Shown: positions 24,868 to 32,000 of the stretch, in pieces
How the letters are laid out: every line of letters starts with the position of its first letter
Position numbering within the stretch: position 1 is the stretch's first letter
DNA from: Horticoccus luteus
Lineage (GTDB): Bacteria > Verrucomicrobiota > Verrucomicrobiia > Opitutales > Opitutaceae
NCBI RefSeq assembly: GCF_019464535.1
Contig: NZ_CP080507.1
Coordinates: forward strand, 2,340,001-2,372,000
Reading direction: 5' to 3'
DNA length: 32,000 bases
Made by a program: the position numbers and the translations under genes
Notes under the pieces: model-generated
The model's database searches: none
The model's input: only the letters and a program-made list of their open reading frames with translations
Told to the model about the DNA's origin: nothing

Positions 24868-27003
24868 TCAAGCGAACTCCACCTCGGCGGTGACGGGAGC
24901 AGGCGCACCGAGGGCCAGCGACCGGCGACCAGGAGACGCGGCGCCCACGTGCAACTGGTAACGGCCCGCCCGCCACTCGCGTTGGCCGTCCGCATTGATT
25001 TGATAGAGCGCACCGGCTGGCACGCTGAAATCCACCGCTACGACTGCGCCGGGCGCGAGATTCACTTTGCGAAACTCCACGAGTTCCGCGCGCGCCGCAT
25101 CGACTCTTCCCCTGGGCGGGATCAAATAACATTCCACCGTCTCCCACGCCGCCGTCGCACCGCTGTTCCGCACACTGACCGTGAACGATAGTGCCTCTCC
25201 CTCCTTCAACTGCACAGCGCGGAGCCGAAGCGATTCGTAGTTTACGGGCGCATAGCCCAGTCCGAACCCGAACGGATACAGCGGCTCGATCTCGCAAAAT
25301 TTGTAGGTGCGCCCCTGCATCGCGTAATCGTCAAACGCCGGCAAATCCTCCGTGCGCCGCGGCACCGTAAACGGCAGGCGGCCCGACGGCGCCACGTCGC
25401 CAAACAAAACGTCAGCGAGCGCTGTGCCGCCCTCGCAACCGGCATACCACGCATACAGCACCGCGTCCGCCCACTCATGCTCATCGGGCGCCGCGAGCGC
25501 ACTTCCGCCCGTCAGCACGAGAATGAGCTTTTTGGCGTGTCGCCTCAGCTCCCGGAGAAATTCCCTCTGGTTCTCCGGCAACTCAATCCGCACGCGATCC
25601 CCGCCCACCGGCGAAGCCACGGCATCGCCCTCCTCGCCTTCCAGCGTCGGATCGAGCCCGAGCACCGCGACCACGACGTCCGCCATCGCGGCGTCGCCAA
25701 AGGTGTAATTGATGCCGGGCGCCCCCTCTTGCGCGAGCGGACATCCCGGCCGATACATCACCCGGCAGCCTTCCGGTGCGCGCGCGACAATCCCTTCGGC
25801 AAACGTGACGATCCGCGGACTCATCCCGTAATAATTTCCCAGCATCACTCCGACATTCGCTGCCGTCGGCCCCACGACCAGCATGCTGCGCACATCCCGA
25901 GGCAGCGGGAGCACCCCGCCACTGTTCTTCAGTAATACGAACGACTCCGCCGCCGCGCGGCGCGCGAGCGCACGATGTTCATCCGCATCGACGACCGCCA
26001 TGGGAACTTGGGTGTAAGGCACGGCGGCCGGTGGATCGAACAGCCCCAGCTTGAACTTCGTCGCGAGCAGCCGCCTCAGCGCCACATCGATCTCCGCCTC
26101 GGTGATCTGGCCGCACCGCACCGCGAACGCGAGGTCTTGAAACGTACAGCCACAGTTCAAGTCACAGCCGTGACGCACCGCGAGCGCCGCCGACTCCGCC
26201 GAATCCTGCGTGACGTGATGGTGCAGATGAAAATCATCAATCGCCCCGCAATCGCTCACGACGTGGCCCTTGAAGCCCCATCGCCCGCGGAGGATTTCGC
26301 CGAGAAGAAACGGACTCGCGCACGCCGGCTCGCCGAACACGCGATTATAGGCGCCCATCACGGCCTCCACCCCGCCACGCACCAGTTTCTCAAACGCGGG
26401 GAGATACGTTTCATATAAGTCCTTCGGCGTCGGCCGCGCGTCAAATTCATGCCGCGTGTGCTCCGGGCCGGAATGGACGGCGAAGTGCTTCGCGCACGCC
26501 GCAACTTTGAGATAACGTGGATCGTCCCCCTGCAAACCCCGGACGTTGGCGAGACCGAGTTCACCCGTGAGATACGGATCTTCGCCGAACGTCTCCTGCC
26601 CACGGCCCCATCGAGGGTCGCGAAATATATTTATATTGGGGGCCCAGAACGTGAGGCCTTGGTATTGTTGACCGTGCGCTCCCGCCCGCGCCGCAGCGTG
26701 ATGCTTCGCCCTCGCTTCATCCGCCACCGCCGCCGCAATGCGTTGGACCAGTTCCCGATTCCACGTCGCCGCCTGCGCAATCACCTGAGGGAAGACGGTC
26801 GCCCGCCCGTTGCGCCCGACCCCGTGGCAGGCCTCGCTCCACCAGTTGTACGCCACGATTCCGAGACGTTCGACCGCCCGGTTCTCGTGACCCAATTGAT
26901 CGATTTTTTCCGCGAGCGTAAACCGGTGCACCAGATCTTCCATGCGGTCCGCAAGCGGCGCGTTGGCATCGCGAAACGGGAAGGATTTCACAGCATCACT
27001 CAT
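24868..27003 (-). CDS. GH3 beta-xylosidase/beta-glucosidase-like exo-glycosidase
   Basis: WAPNINIFRDPRWGRGQETFGEDPYL and GHVVSDCGAI are GH3 hallmark blocks. No signal peptide is evident. Confidence 0.85.
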   Translation of the reverse strand: MSDAVKSFPFRDANAPLADRMEDLVHRFTLAEKIDQLGHENRAVERLGIVAYNWWSEACHGVGRNGRATVFPQVIAQAATWNRELVQRIAAAVADEARAKHHAAARAGAHGQQYQGLTFWAPNINIFRDPRWGRGQETFGEDPYLTGELGLANVRGLQGDDPRYLKVAACAKHFAVHSGPEHTRHEFDARPTPKDLYETYLPAFEKLVRGGVEAVMGAYNRVFGEPACASPFLLGEILRGRWGFKGHVVSDCGAIDDFHLHHHVTQDSAESAALAVRHGCDLNCGCTFQDLAFAVRCGQITEAEIDVALRRLLATKFKLGLFDPPAAVPYTQVPMAVVDADEHRALARRAAAESFVLLKNSGGVLPLPRDVRSMLVVGPTAANVGVMLGNYYGMSPRIVTFAEGIVARAPEGCRVMYRPGCPLAQEGAPGINYTFGDAAMADVVVAVLGLDPTLEGEEGDAVASPVGGDRVRIELPENQREFLRELRRHAKKLILVLTGGSALAAPDEHEWADAVLYAWYAGCEGGTALADVLFGDVAPSGRLPFTVPRRTEDLPAFDDYAMQGRTYKFCEIEPLYPFGFGLGYAPVNYESLRLRAVQLKEGEALSFTVSVRNSGATAAWETVECYLIPPRGRVDAARAELVEFRKVNLAPGAVVAVDFSVPAGALYQINADGQREWRAGRYQLHVGAASPGRRSLALGAPAPVTAEVEFA

Positions 27004-28265
27004 GGACGACTTTCGGAAATAAAGAGTTTGGGTTCGACGGTCTCCGCGAGACGGCGGGCGCCGGCAGCCGACGGGTGCAAGTGGTCCCCGCTGTCGTAAG
27101 CGGGTGCGAGGCGCGAGGGATGGTCGGGATCGCGTAGCGCCGCATCAAAGTCGACGACCGCATCGAATGCTCCGCTCGTCCGAATCCACGCGTTCACCTT
27201 CTCTCGGTCTGCTTCACCATCGGACGAGAAATAGAAATCGGCGCCTTCGTAAGGCGTGATGGTCCCGCCCAAGACGCGGAGGCCGTGCGCGCGGGCGCGC
27301 GTCACGATCTGCTGCAAGGCCGCAATGATGTCGTCAGCCTTGGCGAAGTCCGAGCCGTGGCGCCGCGCATCCAGCCGCGTGCCAATGTCATTGATGCCTT
27401 CAAAAACTAGGAGCCAACGGGTGCCCGGCGGCGTGAGGACATCGCGATCAAAGCGCGCGAGCGCATTCGAACCGAGACCATCCCGGAGCAGGCGATTGCC
27501 ACCGATGCCGAGATTGAGCACGCCGAGCGGAACGATATCGGGGCGTTTCTGGAATAAGCGAACCAACTCGTCCGGCCACCGCCCGTTCTGATCCGTCTTG
27601 GTCCCGTAGCCATCCGTGATCGAGTCGCCCAATACCATCACGGCGGCAGCATCCGGCGCATCGGTGTACACATCGAGGCCCTGGATGAAATACCAATGCT
27701 CAATCGCTTTCGCCGCGGTCAACTTCTCCGCCGTCACCTCGCCCCCAACGTCCCAAAAGGAGCGGGTGCGGGCTCCTCCATGCATCGTCAGCACCGCCGG
27801 CACCCGGTCAAACTGCACCGTGATCGCGACGTCGGCCTGCGCATGGACGGAGAGTTTCACCGGATCGGAAATGTAAGCGGCGCCCGGCGGAAGAACGACA
27901 TCGCCTCGGCCCGCAAATCTCACCGTTTGGTCCGTGCCAGGCACGATCGCGCCATCCACGCCCGCTAGCGCGATATGCACCGTGCGGAAACCAAGAGGCG
28001 TTTCACCGAAGGCGTTGGAAAATCGGAGACGAACCGCGTCGCCGCCGAGGGATACATGCACGATCTGGCGCAAAGTCACCCCAGCCTGCGCCGGCCCATC
28101 TTTCTCAGCGGACTGCGCTACCGGCGAAGTCGCCCACGTGCCAATCCAATGTCCTCCGTCCGCCCGACACGGAGCGACGAAGAGCGCGATGATCGCGGCA
28201 CTAAAGGCGGCCCGCCGCCCCAACCACATCCCAGCCGTGGCCGCAGCAAAAAAGGTCGTGAGCAT
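27000..28265 (-). CDS. SGNH/GDSL-family esterase (probable acetyl-xylan or carbohydrate esterase)
   Basis: VMVLGDSITDG (block I), GINDIG (block III) and GDHLHPS (block V). Signal-like N-terminus MLTTFFAAATAGMWLGRRAAFSAAIIALFVAPCRA. Its stop overlaps the GH3 start in an ATGA. Confidence 0.8.
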   Translation of the reverse strand: MLTTFFAAATAGMWLGRRAAFSAAIIALFVAPCRADGGHWIGTWATSPVAQSAEKDGPAQAGVTLRQIVHVSLGGDAVRLRFSNAFGETPLGFRTVHIALAGVDGAIVPGTDQTVRFAGRGDVVLPPGAAYISDPVKLSVHAQADVAITVQFDRVPAVLTMHGGARTRSFWDVGGEVTAEKLTAAKAIEHWYFIQGLDVYTDAPDAAAVMVLGDSITDGYGTKTDQNGRWPDELVRLFQKRPDIVPLGVLNLGIGGNRLLRDGLGSNALARFDRDVLTPPGTRWLLVFEGINDIGTRLDARRHGSDFAKADDIIAALQQIVTRARAHGLRVLGGTITPYEGADFYFSSDGEADREKVNAWIRTSGAFDAVVDFDAALRDPDHPSRLAPAYDSGDHLHPSAAGARRLAETVEPKLFISESRP

Positions 28266-28473
28266 GGGTATAACGAGGGCCACGAGGCCTCCAACGAAGA
28301 GTTCGAGCGGCCTTTGCGCTACCGCCGCACTCGCCCGAAAGATGTCTCCGTGCGCGCTCTCAATTGTGCGCGAAGACCTGCAGGGCGGAAAATCGGAAAA
28401 GGCGTTTGAATGATTCAACGATCGATTTGTTAGGAGTAACTGTAGCGCCACTTCATGCGCGTCGTGCGGGCAC

Positions 28474-28507
28474 GGGCGTCCGGCTCGGTCGGCCGAGCCG
28501 GACGCCC
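28474..28507 (-). terminator. Perfect 15-bp stem / 4-nt loop hairpin immediately after the TonB-dependent receptor gene, with no U-tract
   Basis: gggcgtccggctcgg tcgg ccgagccggacgccc lies 6 nt downstream of the TAA at 28514..28516. It could be an intra-operon attenuator or an RNA-stability element rather than a full terminator. Confidence 0.5.
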
Positions 28508-28513
28508 CATCGT

Positions 28514-31500
28514 TTAGAAACTGAACGTATTCGTAACGAACCACTCCCGGTTCGGCGCGATACGCGCTGACGCCCACGTCTTGCCGTCCGGTTCCACCGA
28601 AATCGGAATCAATTCATCTTTGCCGAAGACGTTGCGGATGTTGAGTTGGATTTTCCAATCGATCCGTTTGGTCAGCTTGTGCTCGTAACTGCACCAAGCG
28701 TCCAATCCGTCCTCGGACGGTCCGTAGTAGGGCTTCGAAAGGTCAAAGCTGGCTTGTCCATTCGCGCCAGGAATCACCGGGTAGCCGATGATCACCCGAT
28801 CCTGCCACCGATAGGCGCCACCGACGCCAAATCCTTTTAGCGCGCCATCTTGGAACATGTAGTTCGTCACCACATTAAAGCGCCACTTCCTAAGCTCGGA
28901 AGCCGCCGAGCCTTCCTGCAGTTTAAGAAGTGTATATTGCCCCCGCCAGTTGGCCCAATTCTGTCGCACTTCGTTCGATGGCACGTAGTTTCCATTGTAT
29001 TGACGCATGTCGCCCGCCACGCCGGCCATCTGCCCGTCGAGGTAGTTCACGAGCTCATCGAGCTGCGCACCGCCGACATTCGTGCGGACTGCCGTCGTCT
29101 CCGCCGCATTGAACGACACCCGCCAGTTCGGCAAAGGATTCGCGGTGAACTCGAACTCGTAACCTTCGGACTTCGTGTCGGCCGTCACTGCCAGGCCCTG
29201 TGGCGCGGAAGGACTGTAGGCGTAGACCGTCGACCCATCAGGCTGGTGCGCCGAAGGATTCGCCTCATACGTCGCCCGATCAGTCAACGCCGAAGCTGTC
29301 GTGGGCGTGTAGCCCCACGCGCTGAAGTAGTTTTTCGCCTGGAGCCACGACTGGATGTCGTTCCACGCCGTGATGGACGCGTCCCTCCTTGCAATGGCTT
29401 GCGCCTGGGTCTCCAACGTCGCCCCGCTGGGGACAGGGCTGGGATTGCCGTTCAAGTCAGCCACCGGGCGGTTGCTGGCGTTCACGTAGGCCGGAGTCCA
29501 ATAATACCGCTTGCCGGGTGTGTCGTCGGTCTGGCCTCCCGTATCGAGCGTATAGCCGTTCATTTTATACAAGAACACATTCCGGAACTTAAGCCCCTGC
29601 GCAACGGTGCTTGAGAGGCCGCCCAGATCCAGTTGCGTCGTCGCATTCGCGACGCTGCTCTCATACTTCACGGCGCGGAAAGAAAACCGGTCGTCCTTGG
29701 TGGAGATCATCACCCCATAATCCTTGGTCTTGCCGGTCGGGTTGCCGATCGTATTGCCGTAGACATCCCGGCGCGTGTCGGTGACCTGAAAGTTGGCCGA
29801 CTTATTATAGGATACGCTGACATTGAGCGGCAGCGGATCGTGCGTGCCGAACAGCTTGTTCAAATGGACAACGACGCCGCCGCTCGTCGAGTGATCCTTG
29901 AATATCTGGCCAGCCGGATAGCTGCTCGGTAGAGCGTAGACGCTGGGGTCGATGTTGAGGATGCTCCGGTTGGTGTTCACTTTCTGCGCCGTCACGCCCT
30001 TGCCCTTTACCTCGTCGTAGCGCCATCCCAGGGTGGAAACGATGGCGCCATCCCACCAATAGCCCTGCCAGGTGCCGGCGTAAGAGGTCGTCTCGCGCAG
30101 GGACTTCTGGGCGTTGGTCAGCAGCGTCGGATCCTGCCCGTTGTCATAGCGCCGCAGGTTCACCGGCACGTTGGAATTCCAGCCGATATAGTTAGCCGGA
30201 TTCGATGCCTGGGTTGTCGCAGTTGCCGGGTCGAAAATCGGCAGAAGATTATTTGGCACGGTCCACGGATCGCTGTAATTGACGCCCGCCGGGTTGGTCC
30301 AGGTCGACGCGAAGTGATAGACGTTCCCATTGGGCAACGTGACCGCGGACCCGACGTTCGGAATATTCGCTCCCGAGGCGGAACTGGCGCCTGCGAGTGA
30401 GGGGCCGAGGTAGATGACACTCACCGGCGGGCGGCTCCCGCTGCCGGCGAAGGGGTAGCTGAGGCCGGTCGTGCGACTCCAGTAGGCATCCCAGTCACTG
30501 CCGTAAGCATACATCTGCCAGGTACGGTTTTCCGTTTCATATTTCTCTTTGCTGTAAACGCCGTTGAAACGCTGCTTGTTGATCAACTTGGCCAGAAAAC
30601 TCTCGCTGCTCAAAAAATCCCTGGCCCGCAATTCGCCGAAAACAGAACCCCGGACATACTCCCGGTCGCTCTCGTAGGAGGTCCCGCCGCCCGGACCGCC
30701 CACCACATAAGGGCGACCAAAATTCGGATTGGCGGTGAGATCCTGAAAGTTCTGCAGCACGTCAATCGTGAGTGTGGGATCGGTGATGAGCGCTTGCCCG
30801 CCTCGTTTGTATTTCTGCCGGTCATAACTCAACTCCACCCCCACCCGGTCATCCCATCCCGTCTGGGTGAGATCCAGATTATACGCGTTCCAGTTTTCGT
30901 ATTCGGATTTCGTAGGGCCGTCCAATAGATTATTGTAGAAATCGAACACCGATGCGTCGGAGAGCGTTTTGGTTCGATATTGTCCGTATTGGGCGCCCGG
31001 CAGGCGGGCGTTCGACGCGTAGGATGAGAGACTCGTGAGCCGATAAAATTCGTCGGCATAGCGCTGGCCCACCAACAAATCGCCAATGCCCCGCACACTG
31101 CCGTCGGGATTGTGGGCCCCCGTGTTAACATAGCCGCCATAGATGCGTTGCAGTTGATTGTCGGCGCCGTCAATGAACCAGATCGGCTGCTGTTGATTGG
31201 CAACATTGGCGGTCAGCCACGGATTGAGGTTCTGCGGCGCGGACCCCACTCCATAGGCGTTCGGAATGGCCAGCTTGCCCAACCCGCCATCCAGGGAGGT
31301 GGTATCAACCGGGCGGAACCACGGCGTAATGCTGTCATTTGGCGGCACCGTCCGCGGACGATTTGCATCGATATCGCCGTGCTCATACTTGGCTTTGAAG
31401 CTCGTATGGAAGTCATTCCGCTTAAAGAGCTGCGGATCAAAGCGCAGGGCGCCGTAGTAGCGCTTGTCTTTTTGATAGGCCGGATCCTGCTGGTATTTTT

Positions 31501-32000
31501 CGTCGCTCCACAACCCGTCGAGGCGAATCGCGAGCGTCTTCGGCACGAGGACTTGATTGACGTCCAGCGAACCCCGCACGCTGCCATACGAACCGACCCG
31601 CGCCGTCACGCTCCCCATATCGTGAAACTCGGCATTGCGCGTGGTGGCATTGACGATGCCTGCCGGGCTCCCCAGCCCGAAGAGGATGGAATTGGGACCG
31701 CGTTGAATATCGATCCGGTCGACGTTATAGGAATCCCACGGGATATCGGTGACAAAAAAATCGCGGGTGTTATCCGCCGCGGCGAGGCCGCGGACGCGGT
31801 TGGTGCTGCCGGGATTGCGCAGCGAACTGCTCTCATCCACGCTGGTGGCGTTGCCCAGGCCCGCATACGTGCCCCGCGTGCCGGCGACTTCCGCGTTGGT
31901 TGTATATTGCAGGAGCGATGTGTTATCGATCGCGCCAATGTCGGCGAGAAACTCCTTCGTATAGACCGACAAACCGCCGCCGACATCTTTGAGGTCCGTG
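28514..32000 (-). CDS. TonB-dependent outer-membrane receptor, 5' end (plug) outside the window
   Basis: The frame stays open past the listed TTG (..TDLKDVGGGLSVYTKEF). It has plug-end/barrel motifs (NRVRGL, DRIDIQRGPNSILFGLGSPAGIVN), a long beta-rich body, and a C-terminal ..FVTNTFSF with terminal Phe. Confidence 0.85.
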   Translation of the reverse strand, partial: TDLKDVGGGLSVYTKEFLADIGAIDNTSLLQYTTNAEVAGTRGTYAGLGNATSVDESSSLRNPGSTNRVRGLAAADNTRDFFVTDIPWDSYNVDRIDIQRGPNSILFGLGSPAGIVNATTRNAEFHDMGSVTARVGSYGSVRGSLDVNQVLVPKTLAIRLDGLWSDEKYQQDPAYQKDKRYYGALRFDPQLFKRNDFHTSFKAKYEHGDIDANRPRTVPPNDSITPWFRPVDTTSLDGGLGKLAIPNAYGVGSAPQNLNPWLTANVANQQQPIWFIDGADNQLQRIYGGYVNTGAHNPDGSVRGIGDLLVGQRYADEFYRLTSLSSYASNARLPGAQYGQYRTKTLSDASVFDFYNNLLDGPTKSEYENWNAYNLDLTQTGWDDRVGVELSYDRQKYKRGGQALITDPTLTIDVLQNFQDLTANPNFGRPYVVGGPGGGTSYESDREYVRGSVFGELRARDFLSSESFLAKLINKQRFNGVYSKEKYETENRTWQMYAYGSDWDAYWSRTTGLSYPFAGSGSRPPVSVIYLGPSLAGASSASGANIPNVGSAVTLPNGNVYHFASTWTNPAGVNYSDPWTVPNNLLPIFDPATATTQASNPANYIGWNSNVPVNLRRYDNGQDPTLLTNAQKSLRETTSYAGTWQGYWWDGAIVSTLGWRYDEVKGKGVTAQKVNTNRSILNIDPSVYALPSSYPAGQIFKDHSTSGGVVVHLNKLFGTHDPLPLNVSVSYNKSANFQVTDTRRDVYGNTIGNPTGKTKDYGVMISTKDDRFSFRAVKYESSVANATTQLDLGGLSSTVAQGLKFRNVFLYKMNGYTLDTGGQTDDTPGKRYYWTPAYVNASNRPVADLNGNPSPVPSGATLETQAQAIARRDASITAWNDIQSWLQAKNYFSAWGYTPTTASALTDRATYEANPSAHQPDGSTVYAYSPSAPQGLAVTADTKSEGYEFEFTANPLPNWRVSFNAAETTAVRTNVGGAQLDELVNYLDGQMAGVAGDMRQYNGNYVPSNEVRQNWANWRGQYTLLKLQEGSAASELRKWRFNVVTNYMFQDGALKGFGVGGAYRWQDRVIIGYPVIPGANGQASFDLSKPYYGPSEDGLDAWCSYEHKLTKRIDWKIQLNIRNVFGKDELIPISVEPDGKTWASARIAPNREWFVTNTFSF

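Noticed and set aside
22973-25297. Long N-terminal extensions of listed ORFs (GH10 to 25297, SGNH to 28577, LacI to 7794, transporter from 7826, SDR to 10285, DUF433 to 12504, PIN to 17625)
   Set aside because: Signal peptides or conserved N-terminal motifs begin at internal start codons. The extensions overlap neighbouring genes or repeat-derived sequence. ATGA/GTGA start-stop coupling supports the shorter models.

Overview
High-GC bacterial chromosome segment: sampled lines are about 70% G+C, for example 42 of 60 bases at 20101..20160. Gene content looks Verrucomicrobiota/Opitutales-like (PEP-CTERM protein, Pmp-type giant adhesin, xylan locus with a TonB-dependent receptor), but this is inference only.

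Layout:
- (i) 3..6505, plus strand: a 5'-truncated giant adhesin gene, a signal-peptide protein with an internal duplication, and a PEP-CTERM protein.
- (ii) 6571..11295: a LacI-type regulator, a divergent GPH-family sugar symporter, and an SDR gene overlapping uxuA (mannonate dehydratase).
- (iii) 11412..19379: a 7,968-bp accessory island described below.
- (iv) 19518..32000, minus strand: a glucuronoxylan operon encoding CE4-GH115, GH10, GH3, an SGNH esterase and a TonB-dependent receptor that is 5'-truncated by the window end.

The island is the most interesting part. It interrupts what was evidently one operon, since GH115 and uxuA are separated by only a 13-bp spacer. It is bracketed by a 241-bp direct duplication of that junction. 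Every island gene is on the minus strand. They form three tandem units with conserved flanks and different cargo:
- a composite repeat made of a Y1-transposase (RAYT/IS200-like) 5' remnant, with or without a tyrosine-recombinase 3' remnant;
- a type II toxin-antitoxin pair (two DUF433/DUF5615-like pairs, one AbrB/PIN pair);
- an intrinsic terminator;
- an orphan Rhs-type C-terminal toxin cassette with AT-rich tip and immunity genes.

One toxin cassette looks intact. One is degraded and carries a local inversion exactly at the core/toxin junction. One is only a toxin-tip remnant plus a lipoprotein immunity candidate.

I recognised no rRNA, tRNA or CRISPR array. Many long ORFs in the supplied track are high-GC alternative-frame or antisense artefacts.
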